Counted from the stretch's first letter, positions 19,842 through 29,458 are shown. The stretch is 64,000 nucleotides of DNA from Vulcanimicrobiales bacterium (GCA_038231455.1 JBBRLI010000010.1:32001-96000); one strand, 5' to 3'. Numbers and translations: made by a program. The notes: generated by a model not told the origin, from the letters alone.

Positions 19842-20647
19842 TCGGCGCTCGGCGGATCCTCGAACGTGATGCGTCCGAATTTGCCGTCGTTAAAATCCTT
19901 GATGTACGACCCGGCGGCGTTGTGATAATCTACCTCGCTGCCTTTGCGCATGAAGCCGCGCGTCTGCGCGAACGTCTCGAGGCTCGGCACTTTCGTGCGG
20001 CCGCCGGACGTCGCCACAAGCCAGGCGTGAAAACGATTCACAACGTCTTCGGAATCGAATCGTTCGCGCGGGATCGCACCGGTAAGCGCGAGCATCCACT
20101 GCGCTTCCGACGTCGCGATTTTCGGCACGAGAATACCGGGTGTATCCATCAGTTCGAGTGTCGGCAGGACGCGAAACCACTGCATCTGCCGCGTGAGCCC
20201 GGCTTTGTCTTCCGCTTTCGCCGCGGTGCGTCGCAAGAGTCCGTTGATGATCGACGACTTTCCGGTATTGGGAATGCCGAGCACGATCGCGCGCTGCGTC
20301 CCTTTGCCCGAGGTGAGCTGTCCGACGTGGAAGTTTGCTTTACTGATGCTGCCCGGATCTTTCGAGTTCACGGCAACGACGCGACGATGCTGACCATTAT
20401 AGTGCGCAAGCCATCTCACCGTTTGGGCGGGGTTGGCTAGGTCGTCGTGCGTCATCACGAGCATGCGCGGTTTTTTTCCGATGACCGCATCGAGCATGTC
20501 GTTCGAGGAAATGAGCGGGAGGCGCGAGTCCACGACTTCGATGACGACATCGATCAGCTTCATCTTGTCGACGAGCTGCCGCATGGCGGTCGCCATGTGT
20601 CCGGGATACCACTGAATGACGTTGTCTTGGCTGATCACGAGCGCCAT
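19838..20647 (-). CDS. rbgA: Ribosome biogenesis GTPase RbgA/YlqF
   Basis: IQWYPGHM, GIPNTGKSS, DTPGIL. Confidence 0.93.
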   Translation of the reverse strand: MALVISQDNVIQWYPGHMATAMRQLVDKMKLIDVVIEVVDSRLPLISSNDMLDAVIGKKPRMLVMTHDDLANPAQTVRWLAHYNGQHRRVVAVNSKDPGSISKANFHVGQLTSGKGTQRAIVLGIPNTGKSSIINGLLRRTAAKAEDKAGLTRQMQWFRVLPTLELMDTPGILVPKIATSEAQWMLALTGAIPRERFDSEDVVNRFHAWLVATSGGRTKVPSLETFAQTRGFMRKGSEVDYHNAAGSYIKDFNDGKFGRITFEDPPSAE

Positions 20648-21153
20648 CCGAGCGGCCGCAAAGGCCAGATACCGAGAACAGCGCGACCGATTACTTCGCT
20701 TTGCGGCACGAAGCCCCAGTCGCGAGAATCGTCGCTGTTTGCACGATTGTCGCCGAGCACGTAGATCGTGCCTGCCGGGACAGTGACTTCGGGGTAGCTG
20801 CGCGCGTCGCGGAAGGCAACGTAGTCTTCGCGAAGCGGCGTTCCACTCAGTCGCACGGTTCCCCGATCGATCATCACGCGATCGCCGGGGATGGCGATGA
20901 CGCGCTTGATGTAGTGCTGCGCTTCGCCGCTCGTTCTCGACTCATGCTTGAAGGCGATGATCTCGCCGCGGGCAATCGGTCCTACGCGATACGCGAAGGT
21001 ATTGATGAGGACGAACTCGCCCGGATGGATCCGCGGTTCCATCGAGAGCCCGCTGACTTGCGGGGTCCGCAAAAAGAACGCCGCCGCGATGAGCGCGAGG
21101 AGTGCGATTTGGATCGCAACGTTTGCCGCCGTACGGACGGTAGCCACGCGCAT
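20635..21153 (-). CDS. lepB: Signal peptidase I (paralog 2)
   Basis: GLSMEP, IKRVIAIPGD, LGDNRANSDDSRDWG. Confidence 0.92.
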   Translation of the reverse strand: MRVATVRTAANVAIQIALLALIAAAFFLRTPQVSGLSMEPRIHPGEFVLINTFAYRVGPIARGEIIAFKHESRTSGEAQHYIKRVIAIPGDRVMIDRGTVRLSGTPLREDYVAFRDARSYPEVTVPAGTIYVLGDNRANSDDSRDWGFVPQSEVIGRAVLGIWPLRPLGWRS

Positions 21154-21179
21154 ATTCTTCGACCTTAGGCCCGCTATTC

Positions 21180-21941
21180 CTAATGGAGAATACGGATGCG
21201 ATTGAGCGGCCAAAAGAGCAGAAATGCATGGCCGGTAAAGCCGGCAGCGACGCCTTTACGCGGGCCGGCAGCGAAGGTACCGCCGGTTTGGGAGAAGCCC
21301 CACATGTGCGAGTCCTCGGAGTTATTCCGATTGTCGCCCATCATGAAGTAGAAGCCCTCGGGGATGCGATCGGGAGCCTGCCACATTGTTTTCGGCGGGA
21401 TGTTCGCGATATCGGGCGTCAGCGGCACGCCGTCGACGGTAATCCCATAATTCTTGATTTCCAGCTCGTAGGCGGGCTTTTGCGCGATATACTTCTCGTC
21501 CTGGGGCACATCGTTGATGTACACGGTGCCACTGTGGATGCGGAATTTATCGCCGGGAATACCGATCGTGCGCTTGATAAAGTCGTTCGTCGTCGTGATC
21601 GGCGGCGGAAAGACCACGATGTCGCCATGGTGCGGCTTGGAGAAGCGGTACTCGAACTCATTGACGAGGAGCACATCGTGGATCTGCAAGGTCGGCTCCA
21701 TCGAGCCCGACGGAATGAAAAACGTCCGCACCACAAACGTGATGAGGAGCAGCGCCACGAGCCCGGCCACGATAAAGGCGTCCAGGTACTCGCGGATGAT
21801 CGTCCGCGCCGAGGGCGCGGGTTCGGCAACGCCGTCGGCGACTAGGGCAGTCGCAGCGACGGGTGCTTCGGGCTTGATGCTAATTGCGACGCGGACGACC
21901 GCGAAGACGCAAATCAGCGCAAAGAGTTCGAGGGGCGTCAC
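21180..21941 (-). CDS. lepB: Signal peptidase I (paralog 1)
   Basis: IPSGSMEPTL, FIKRTIGIPGD, MGDNRNNSEDS. Confidence 0.93.
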   Translation of the reverse strand: MTPLELFALICVFAVVRVAISIKPEAPVAATALVADGVAEPAPSARTIIREYLDAFIVAGLVALLLITFVVRTFFIPSGSMEPTLQIHDVLLVNEFEYRFSKPHHGDIVVFPPPITTTNDFIKRTIGIPGDKFRIHSGTVYINDVPQDEKYIAQKPAYELEIKNYGITVDGVPLTPDIANIPPKTMWQAPDRIPEGFYFMMGDNRNNSEDSHMWGFSQTGGTFAAGPRKGVAAGFTGHAFLLFWPLNRIRILH

Positions 21942-21947
21942 GACAGT

Positions 21948-22301
21948 CTAGCTGCGGACGACTTTCTTCTCTTTGATACGGGCGGCTTTACCGATCTTAT
22001 CCGACAGATAATAGAGGCGGCTGCGGCGCACGATGCCGCGCTTCGAGACTTCGACCTTCTCGAGGCGCGGGCTATGGAGCAAGAACGACTTCTCAACGCC
22101 GATGCCGTGCGAAAGACGACGGACCGTGATGGTCTCGCCGATCCCGCCGCCCTTGCGGACGGTCACGATCCCCTCGAACATCTGGGTACGTTCTTTGCCG
22201 CCTTCGACCACCTTGGAGTACACCTTGACGGTGTCGCCGGGGCGGAAGTCGGGGACGGAGGGTTTCTCCTGTTCCTTTTGGATCAGGTTGATGACGTTCA
22301 T
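21948..22301 (-). CDS. rplS: 50S ribosomal protein L19
   Basis: [30 protein letters not shown]. Confidence 0.98.
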   Translation of the reverse strand: MNVINLIQKEQEKPSVPDFRPGDTVKVYSKVVEGGKERTQMFEGIVTVRKGGGIGETITVRRLSHGIGVEKSFLLHSPRLEKVEVSKRGIVRRSRLYYLSDKIGKAARIKEKKVVRS

Positions 22302-22387
22302 AGCTTCGGCTCTCTCATGGCGCGCTCGCCCCGGGGGGTCGAGGGCCTTCATAAAGACAGGACAGCCCGCGAGCGGGCAACCCCGGG

Positions 22388-22417
22388 ATTGTATCACGCG
22401 AGCATCACCCCTGGCAA
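22388..22417 (-). promoter_or_regulatory. Putative sigma70 promoter of rplS operon
   Basis: Minus strand TTGCCA-N18-TACAAT with TG extended -10. Confidence 0.6.
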
Positions 22418-22434
22418 CGCCGGGCGGCGAGTTG

Positions 22435-23830
22435 TGTAGGCGCAAAGCACAGATGTCCGGTTCTTAGCAAAGCAGAGATGTCCGGATCGGCTAAGGCGGT
22501 CTCCCATGGAGCTGCTTGCCATGACTGCCCAAGAACAGGACCGCCTCCGTTGCCTCCAGCGCGTCGCGGATGGCTATCGAACCCAAGGGGAGGCTGCAAT
22601 CGAGCTTGGGATCAGCGAGCGGCACGTCCGGCGATTATTGCGGGGCCTGGCAAAAGACGGCCCGGCAGCGCTCATTTCCAAACGGCGAGGTCGATCCCCG
22701 AATAACCGCTTTCCAGACTCCGTCCGCGCTCTTGTGTTGGAACGCTACAACGCCGACTATCATGGCTTCGGGCCGACGCTCCTTGCCCAGGTCTTAGCGC
22801 AACGTGACAGCCTTTGCATCAATCGTGAGACGCTTCGAACGCTCCTACTCGCGAACGGTCTTTGGACGGCAAAACGAAATCGTCGTAAACGCCATCCCAT
22901 GCGCGAACGTCGAACGCGATTCGGTGAGTTGGTGCAAATGGACGGATCGCCGCACGCCTGGTTTGAGGATCGTGGACCGCGTGCAACGCTGCTCGTTGCA
23001 ATCGACGACGCGACGAGCTGCGTGACCGCCGCACGCTTCGAGACCTCTGAGACCACAAACGGATATTACCGATTGCTGCGCATGCATTTCGCCAAGTTTG
23101 GCCGGTTCAGCGCAGCATACACCGATAAACACAGCATTTTTCGCTACTCAGGACCAAGCACCCGAGAATCAATCGAGACGCAACTTCAGCGCGCACTCAC
23201 GGAGCTCGACATCGAACTCATCTGCGCAAATTCACCGCAGGCCAAAGGCCGCGTCGAACGGGCCAACCGTACATTTCAGGATCGACTCATCAAGATCATG
23301 CGCCTCGAATCGATCGCAACGATCGACGCCGCAAACGCCTTCCTTCCAAGTTATCTTGAGGAACATAACGCGAGCTTCGCCAGTGCGCCAACCTCAACCC
23401 AAGACGCGCATCGAAGCATCTCATCATTCAATCTCGACCGCATTCTGTGCCGACGCGAAGAACGCACTGTTACAAAAGATCTCACATTTCAAATCGACGA
23501 TACGTATTTTCAACTCCACGATTCGTACTCTCGATGTAATCTTGCACGCGGGTCACGGGTCGAATTCCGACTTCAACCCGACGGCAACCTGACCGTTCAC
23601 CACGGCGACCACCTGCTCCAAGCAATGGCTGTCGGCCGGCTACCACGGCACGTCCCGATCGTGGAGTCGAAAGACCTTAACGTTGTCCTCGATCGCCGTA
23701 CCCCCGACCCAAAAAAGGTCCGCACCCCCGCCAAGAATCATCTTTGGAGAAGCTCGGCCACCCCCGCCGCCTCGCTAAAACCGGACATCTCTGCTTTGCT
23801 GCGACCGGACATCTCAGCTTTGCGCTAACA
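22435..23830 (+). mobile_element. Complete IS1202-family (ISNCY) insertion sequence, 1396 bp, with 17-bp target-site duplication
   Basis: Ends TGT...ACA. ~50-bp imperfect terminal IRs, each with two GCAAAGCnnAGATGTCCGG units. Direct repeat CGCCGGGCGGCGAGTTG at 22418-22434 and 23831-23847. Confidence 0.93.
22506..23828 (+). CDS. DDE transposase (IS1202/ISNCY type)
   Basis: N-terminal HTH; QMDGSPH, AIDDATS, YTDKHSIF, KGRVERANRTFQDRL. Confidence 0.93.
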   Translation: MELLAMTAQEQDRLRCLQRVADGYRTQGEAAIELGISERHVRRLLRGLAKDGPAALISKRRGRSPNNRFPDSVRALVLERYNADYHGFGPTLLAQVLAQRDSLCINRETLRTLLLANGLWTAKRNRRKRHPMRERRTRFGELVQMDGSPHAWFEDRGPRATLLVAIDDATSCVTAARFETSETTNGYYRLLRMHFAKFGRFSAAYTDKHSIFRYSGPSTRESIETQLQRALTELDIELICANSPQAKGRVERANRTFQDRLIKIMRLESIATIDAANAFLPSYLEEHNASFASAPTSTQDAHRSISSFNLDRILCRREERTVTKDLTFQIDDTYFQLHDSYSRCNLARGSRVEFRLQPDGNLTVHHGDHLLQAMAVGRLPRHVPIVESKDLNVVLDRRTPDPKKVRTPAKNHLWRSSATPAASLKPDISALLRPDISALR

Positions 23831-23880
23831 CGCCGGGCGGCGAGTTGCCTCAAGGTTAGCTAAGATGGTAGACTAAGGTG

Positions 23881-24108
23881 GTGAAGACCGTGAACGTCCA
23901 CGAGGCCAAAACGACCCTCTCACGCCTGCTTGAAGAAGTCGAACGTGGCGAGACGATCGTCATCGCGCGTAACGGTCAACCCGTTGCCGAACTGACGGCG
24001 ATCAAGAAAAAATCGTTCGCCGATGCGGTGGCGGGAATCAAAGCACGCCACAAAATTTCGATCGCCGGACTCTCGATTCCGGACCTGATCAACGAAGGCC
24101 GACGTTGA
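23881..24108 (+). CDS. Phd/YefM family antitoxin
   Basis: VNVHEAKTTLSRLL..VE.GE..VIARNGQPVAEL; start GTG 23878 or 23881. Confidence 0.92.
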   Translation: MKTVNVHEAKTTLSRLLEEVERGETIVIARNGQPVAELTAIKKKSFADAVAGIKARHKISIAGLSIPDLINEGRR

Positions 24109-24512
24109 GGCTCGTTCTCGATGCGAGCGTGATCATCGCGCTCGTCGCTGAAGATGAATCGAGCGACTACGCCCAAGCTGCTTTAGAGATGTGCCGAGAG
24201 TACGACGCGATCGTTCCTAGTCTGTGGCGCTGGGAGGTTGCCAACACGCTCGTCGTCCTCGAGCGTTGGGGGCGCGTCTCGGACGCAGCTGGCATTTTTG
24301 CGATGGTAGCACGCGACGTGCCGGTCCATATTGCGAGCGATGCGCGCATCGACGACGAGATCGCGCTTGCGAAGGCGCATCAGCTCTCGGTTTACGATGC
24401 TGCGTATCTCGCGCTTGCGATTCGCGAGAAGTGCGTTCTTGCGACGCTCGACGCGCGGCTCGCTCGCGCCGCCGCGCGCGAAGGAGCGATGTTCGAACCG
24501 GGCGTGAGGTGA
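24105..24512 (+). CDS. vapC: VapC/PIN domain toxin
   Basis: LVLDASV, WEVAN, LSVYDAAYLALA, LATLD; overlaps the antitoxin stop. Confidence 0.92.
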   Translation: MRLVLDASVIIALVAEDESSDYAQAALEMCREYDAIVPSLWRWEVANTLVVLERWGRVSDAAGIFAMVARDVPVHIASDARIDDEIALAKAHQLSVYDAAYLALAIREKCVLATLDARLARAAAREGAMFEPGVR

Positions 24513-24527
24513 GCGTCTACGCGACGA

Positions 24528-25484
24528 TTAGGTTGCGTACCGCGCGCCGGTTGCGGGTTCGATCGCGTCGAGTTCTGCAAGATCGGCGCTGCTGAGCTTC
24601 ACGTTTGCTGCGGCGACGTTTTCTTCGAGATACGGAATGCGTCGCGTCCCTGGGATCGGAATCACGTTGTCGCCTTGTGCTAGCACCCATGCGAGTGCGA
24701 CTTGACCGGTCGCGGCGCCGAGTCTCTTCGCTACGGCTTCGACGCGCTGAACGAGTCGAAAATTGCGATCGAAGTTCTCTCCTTGAAAACGTGGCAACGT
24801 CGCGCGGAAATCATCGGGAGCGATGGCATCTTGCATGAGTTTCCCCGTGAGAAAACCGCGACCGAGTGGCGAGAAGGCAAGGAAACCGACGTCGTGCGCT
24901 TTACACCACGGCAGAACGTCAGTGAGAGCATCGCGCGTCCACAGTGAGAGTTCCGATTGCAGCGTTGCAATCGGATGGACGGCATTTGCGCGTTCGAGTG
25001 TCGGCACGTCGACCTCCGAGAGTCCGATGAACCGAACTTTTCCAGCGCTGACGAGTTCTGCGAGCGCCCCAACGCTTTCTTCAACCGGCACGTTCTCATC
25101 GACGCGGTGCAGTTGATAGAGATCGATGACATCGATGCCCAGTCGCATCAGCGAACCGTCGACGGCTTTGCGAATCGTCTCGGGACGTCCGTCGCGGCGC
25201 ATCGTAGCGCCCGGTGCCTGCGGCGCGAAGCCGGTCTTCGTTGCGACGACGACCTCATCGCGTCGTCCGGCAAGACCTTTGCCGACGAGTGTTTCGTTCG
25301 TGAACGGCCCGTACACTTCGGCGGTGTCGAATAGCGTTACGCCGAGGTCGATCGCACGATGGAGGAGCGCAATTGCATCGCGCTCTGCCTCGCCCACGAT
25401 CGGCTTACCGTACGCCCACGTCAGTCCCATCGCGCCGTAGCCGATCTCACCGACGGAAGTCTTGCCGAACGTTCGCTGCTTCAT
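24528..25484 (-). CDS. Aldo/keto reductase
   Basis: IGYGAMG, FDTAEVYG, IDLYQLHR, IGLSE, PIPGT. Confidence 0.95.
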   Translation of the reverse strand: MKQRTFGKTSVGEIGYGAMGLTWAYGKPIVGEAERDAIALLHRAIDLGVTLFDTAEVYGPFTNETLVGKGLAGRRDEVVVATKTGFAPQAPGATMRRDGRPETIRKAVDGSLMRLGIDVIDLYQLHRVDENVPVEESVGALAELVSAGKVRFIGLSEVDVPTLERANAVHPIATLQSELSLWTRDALTDVLPWCKAHDVGFLAFSPLGRGFLTGKLMQDAIAPDDFRATLPRFQGENFDRNFRLVQRVEAVAKRLGAATGQVALAWVLAQGDNVIPIPGTRRIPYLEENVAAANVKLSSADLAELDAIEPATGARYAT

Positions 25485-25517
25485 ATCACGCGTAACCGCA
25501 GCGGCCGCGCGACGGAT

Positions 25518-26186
25518 TCAGCGTTTGCGAAGTGCTGCGCGCGCGCGCGATTGTTCGCGTCGCCACGCGGCAATTGCTTGATGATCGCCGGAGAGTAAAA
25601 CAGCCGGAACATCGATACCGCGAAAACGCGGCGGGCGCGTGAATGACGGGTGATCGACGCTGCCGTTGGCAAACGAATCTTCCGCCGCAGAGTCTGCCGC
25701 AATCGCACCCTCGATCAAGCGCACGGTCGCATCGAGAAACGCCATCGCCGGAATCTCACCGCCCGTCAGGACGAATTCGCCAAGCGAATACGCTTCCACC
25801 GGATACAGCGCAGCCAAACGTTCATCGACGCCTTCGTAATGTCCGCAGACCAAGATCAAACGATCGAGTTTCCCAAACGCGACGGCATCGGCGTGTGCGA
25901 ACGACGTTCCGTCGGCGGCAGTAAGAATGATGCGGCGGGCTTCATCCGGTGGCGCAGCGGCGATGATGCTATCGAGAATATTCGCAAGCGGCTCGATGCG
26001 GAGCACCATCCCGGGTCCACCACCGAATGGCCGGTCGTCGGCGCGCTCGCCGGGGGGCAGCACATCGATGATCGGGTGCATGCGCACGTCGACGAGTCCG
26101 CGCTCGATCGCGCGGCCGACGATCGAGAGGCCGATAACCGGAGCGAACATCTCCGGGAAGAGCGTGATGACATCGATGGACAACAT
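25518..26186 (-). CDS. trmD: tRNA (guanine37-N1)-methyltransferase
   Basis: ITLFPEM, DDRPFGGGPGMV, CGHYEGVDER, SLGEFVLTGGE, LLSGDH. Confidence 0.97.
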   Translation of the reverse strand: MLSIDVITLFPEMFAPVIGLSIVGRAIERGLVDVRMHPIIDVLPPGERADDRPFGGGPGMVLRIEPLANILDSIIAAAPPDEARRIILTAADGTSFAHADAVAFGKLDRLILVCGHYEGVDERLAALYPVEAYSLGEFVLTGGEIPAMAFLDATVRLIEGAIAADSAAEDSFANGSVDHPSFTRPPRFRGIDVPAVLLSGDHQAIAAWRREQSRARAALRKR

Positions 26187-26192
26187 AGCGGT

Positions 26193-26672
26193 GTGCCGTT
26201 CTTCGACTTCCTTCGCCGATTCGCCGCCGGGCAGCCGCCCGAGCGTTCGCCGTACGCCGAAGGCACGATCGCACTCGAGCGCGGCCGCCTCGCTGATGCG
26301 CTCGCGTTCTTCACCCGTGCAGCTGATGAGGCAAGCGATGACCTCCAGCGCGCCGATGCCCTCAACAAGCGCGGCGTTACGTACATTCGGCGCGGCGACC
26401 GTGACGCCGCGCTCGTCGACTTCATCGCCGTGCTGGATCTCGACCCACGCTACGTCCCCACCATCACCAATATCGGAAACCTCTTACTCGAAGACGGTGA
26501 CCATGACGAGGCGATCGAGCACTACGAAACGGCGCTCCGACTCGACGACGACTACCACATCGCGCACCTCAATTTAGCGGTTGCTTACAAGAAGACCGGC
26601 CGCCGTGCCGAATCAGTCCGACATCTCCGACGGGCCAACCGGCTCGAAGGCAAGCGAAAACGAAAGGTCTGA
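26193..26672 (+). CDS. Tetratricopeptide repeat protein
   Basis: Repeated TPR helices (ALNKRGVTY, NIGNLL..GDHDEAI, HLNLAVAY); GTG start inferred. Confidence 0.8.
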   Translation: MPFFDFLRRFAAGQPPERSPYAEGTIALERGRLADALAFFTRAADEASDDLQRADALNKRGVTYIRRGDRDAALVDFIAVLDLDPRYVPTITNIGNLLLEDGDHDEAIEHYETALRLDDDYHIAHLNLAVAYKKTGRRAESVRHLRRANRLEGKRKRKV

Positions 26673-26673
26673 C

Positions 26674-27168
26674 GTGGACGTCGAGCAGCTCTCCCTCTCT
26701 CGCGATCTCCTCGAACTCATGCGCAAGGCCGCGGGCTATGCGGGTGAGGACCATATGGAATACATCACGCCGCCGCACGTGCTGCTCGCCTTGCTCGACG
26801 ATCCGTCGTTTGCCGAAGCGGTCGGCGGGGAAGTCGATCGCGAGCGCGTTCTCGATTCGGCAAAGGAGCCGCGCCTGCCCGAGGTCTTCGAGATCCCCGA
26901 AGGCCCGCTGCCCGAAGGCGAGAGCGTCCCGTTCAAGCGCTTCGACACCTTGATTTTCCACAGCACCGATGGCTCGACGTCAGCCTGGCTCGACAAACAG
27001 TCGTTTCGCATGTTCATCGAGGGTGCGCGGCGCGTGAGCGATGGTCCGTACAAACCCAAACACCTTGCGCTCGGCTACGTCGCAGAAGCGCTCAAGGATC
27101 GCGAGTTGCTCGATCTCTTCGGTAAAGAGCCGCAGTCGGTCAACGCAAAAATCTACGCGATGACATAG
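26674..27168 (+). CDS. Stand-alone Clp N-terminal-domain-like protein
   Basis: YITPPHVLLALL and YKPKHLALG resemble the two Clp-N repeats; no ATPase domain. Confidence 0.55.
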   Translation: MDVEQLSLSRDLLELMRKAAGYAGEDHMEYITPPHVLLALLDDPSFAEAVGGEVDRERVLDSAKEPRLPEVFEIPEGPLPEGESVPFKRFDTLIFHSTDGSTSAWLDKQSFRMFIEGARRVSDGPYKPKHLALGYVAEALKDRELLDLFGKEPQSVNAKIYAMT

Positions 27169-27223
27169 GGATTCGCCCAGCCTGCGCTGTGCGAATCCGT
27201 TCGCCCAGCTGTTGCTGGGCGAA
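27169..27223. repeat. Two tandem related hairpins (REP-like or terminator) between convergent genes
   Basis: GGATTCGCCCAGC-ctgc-GCTGTGCGAATCC and TTCGCCCAGC-tgtt-GCTGGGCGAA. Confidence 0.65.
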
Positions 27224-27267
27224 TTCGCTTGCGCAACTAGGCTGGGGAAATGTGCGCCGAGGTTGCC

Positions 27268-27744
27268 TTAGTCCTTGACCGCGAGGATGTCGGCGCTCGT
27301 TATTTCTTCGAGATATTCGAAGAGTTGCGGAAGCGTTATTTTCTCGAGGGCGCTCTTGGACTTGATTCCGTCGCCCTCGTCGCCTTCGTCACGCAGGTAG
27401 CAGCGCGATTCGACGCCGCCGGCGTTTTCGCTCAGGAACGAGACGGCAAACCCTTTACCGAGTGTGTCGTCGTAGATGCGCATGGCGGCGGGGTTGAGGA
27501 TCTCGATCGAGTGGCTCGCGTTGTGCGCATCGAAAATCGTGATCGTCAAATAATCGCGGTTCACGATCTCGATCGAGCCAACGACAAAGGTGTTCTTCGC
27601 GGAGAAGAACTCATGGCCGCGCTTATTGCGCGAACTCACTTCGTAGAAGACGCGGTGGGCAACGAACCGGTTGAGAATTTTTCGGAGCGTCGCAATCGAT
27701 GCGAGCGTTTCGGTCCGGTTGCCCCGCGTGTAGATGATCTTCAA
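27268..27744 (-). CDS. Hypothetical protein
   Basis: Protein-like composition and host codon style; no family recognised. Confidence 0.7.
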   Translation of the reverse strand: MKIIYTRGNRTETLASIATLRKILNRFVAHRVFYEVSSRNKRGHEFFSAKNTFVVGSIEIVNRDYLTITIFDAHNASHSIEILNPAAMRIYDDTLGKGFAVSFLSENAGGVESRCYLRDEGDEGDGIKSKSALEKITLPQLFEYLEEITSADILAVKD

Positions 27745-27830
27745 GCGATTCGGTCACGCCTTCGTTTGTATTTTGCCTATTTCGCGGACGGGTGGGATTG
27801 TACGACGTGCGGAAAGAGCCCTTCTGAACT

Positions 27831-28319
27831 ATGCTTTCCATTCCCGATCTCGCAATCGTTGGTGTCTTCGCCCTCCTCGTGTTTGGCCCGGATAAACTTC
27901 CCGGTGTGATGCGCAAGGCCGGGCACGTCATGCGCGATCTTCAGAACACCTCGCAAGGCTTTATCCGTGAGATGGAGCGCGCGGCCGATGTGAACGAGCC
28001 GCCGCCGAAACCGTGGGCGCCTCCGGAGCATCCGGAAGACCCGGCGTACCCGATGCACGGCTACGGCGCAAGCTCGAATGGCGACGAACTGCATCACCCG
28101 ACGGCAGAAGAACTCGACGCGATCGTCCCTCCCATCGCGCACCAACCGGAGATGGTGGGACCGCATGCCGACCCGGCGCATGCCGAAGCCCCGCTCGAAG
28201 AACCGGACCGCGCTCCTATCGCGATGCAGCACGACGCGCAAACGCCCGATGCCGTGAACCAGGCGACCTTATATCCCGGCAAGGCGACGCCAGAGCCCGA
28301 TCACTCGGCGAACATATAG
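27831..28319 (+). CDS. tatB: Twin-arginine translocase TatA/TatB subunit
   Basis: ALLVFGPDKLP, amphipathic helix, long Pro-rich tail. Confidence 0.82.
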   Translation: MLSIPDLAIVGVFALLVFGPDKLPGVMRKAGHVMRDLQNTSQGFIREMERAADVNEPPPKPWAPPEHPEDPAYPMHGYGASSNGDELHHPTAEELDAIVPPIAHQPEMVGPHADPAHAEAPLEEPDRAPIAMQHDAQTPDAVNQATLYPGKATPEPDHSANI

Positions 28320-28799
28320 CTGCGTCTCGGCATACGGCGGGATCCCGCCGTACCGATCGACGGCCCCCGCGCCCGCGTTGTAGGCGGCGATCGCGCGCAC
28401 GTAGCGCTGCTGTGCCGGAAACCGTTTGTAGCGGTCGAGCAAGCCGCGTAGGTGCCGAACCGTTCCGTGGAGATTCGCCTCGGCGTCGATCGGATCGACG
28501 CCAAGCCCCGCCGCGGTCCCCGGCATAAGCTGACCGAGACCCAGTGCCCCCGTCGGCGAGACGGCGTGCGGATTCCAGGACGACTCGACGGCGACGAGAG
28601 CGACGACCAGGCGCGCATCCAGTCCCGAGGCATCCGCCTCGTCAACGACGCGCATCGCTAGCCGATAGGATTCGTTGCTTCCGAGTGCGCGGTCGAAATG
28701 GCGCAACGCCGATGCGTAGGCGGCCGGAATCGATTCGACCGCCGACACGGGTGCTGCGAGCGCGCACAGAAGTGCGAAAACGAAAAGGCACCGTCGCAT
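28269..28799 (-). CDS. Lytic transglycosylase (SLT domain)
   Basis: VESSWNPHAVS..GALGLGQLMP, AAYNAG, IPPYAETQLYV. Confidence 0.92.
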   Translation of the reverse strand: MRRCLFVFALLCALAAPVSAVESIPAAYASALRHFDRALGSNESYRLAMRVVDEADASGLDARLVVALVAVESSWNPHAVSPTGALGLGQLMPGTAAGLGVDPIDAEANLHGTVRHLRGLLDRYKRFPAQQRYVRAIAAYNAGAGAVDRYGGIPPYAETQLYVRRVIGLWRRLAGI

Positions 28800-28835
28800 G
28801 TCTGCGGCAGTGCCCGGGCGCGAATCGCGTGATTC

Positions 28836-29072
28836 TTAGATGTTGAAGTTTTGGCGGAGTTCGTTGATGCGCGACTCGAGCAGCGAGCGTACTTGCTTGT
28901 GCAGACGGTCGCGCTGTTCGTCGGGGAGGCGCTGGTACACGAGGTAGCCTGCGGCGGAAACGAGTCCGCCCAGGACGCCGACGAGCACCGTGCGACCCGC
29001 ATCGGCCGGAACGCTCGGGGTTTCTTTGGGCAGGCCGCTGCCGTTGCCGGTGGGTTTGTAGGTGTCCGTCAT
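28836..29072 (-). CDS. Small single-TM hypothetical protein
   Basis: One TM segment plus coiled tail; overlaps the prp stop. Confidence 0.65.
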   Translation of the reverse strand: MTDTYKPTGNGSGLPKETPSVPADAGRTVLVGVLGGLVSAAGYLVYQRLPDEQRDRLHKQVRSLLESRINELRQNFNI

Positions 29073-29455
29073 GAGGTTGATTGCTCTCCTTTGTCCGTGC
29101 TGATACCCGCATTCGACGCGCGAGTGTCAGGTTCAGGCTCGGTTCGCACGCGAACGTGCGTTTCATATTGGCGCGCAATTTGTCCGAGCGCAAGCTCGGC
29201 TGTCGCAACGATCGCGATCAGGTCGATGCGGTCGCGGTCGGCCTCGGGCCACGCGAGCGAAAGCCGCCCTTTCTCGCGCTCGGCGGTGACTTCGACGTGC
29301 GCGTGTTCGGCCAGACCCATCCAGGCGGCTTGCAAAATCGCGGAGGCGGCGGCGCAGACGATGTCCTCGCCGTCCTCAGCCCAACCCGCATGGCCGTCCG
29401 CAAAAACAGAAGACAGCCGCTTCCGGCTGTCTCTGCGAAATACGATCTCGAGCAT
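29069..29455 (-). CDS. prp: Ribosomal-processing cysteine protease Prp (YsxB)
   Basis: GHAG..GEDIVCAAAS catalytic motif; directly downstream of rplU. Confidence 0.9.
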   Translation of the reverse strand: MLEIVFRRDSRKRLSSVFADGHAGWAEDGEDIVCAAASAILQAAWMGLAEHAHVEVTAEREKGRLSLAWPEADRDRIDLIAIVATAELALGQIARQYETHVRVRTEPEPDTRASNAGISTDKGEQSTS

Positions 29456-29458
29456 TCC

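Noticed and set aside
22302-22385. L19 autoregulatory leader
   Set aside because: Some pairing (CGCTCGC/GCGAGCG) but I cannot match it to the known motif by eye.
22445-22490. CRISPR-like short repeats (AGATGTCCGG)
   Set aside because: Only two units per end, mirrored at 23780-23825; they are IS terminal repeat subunits.
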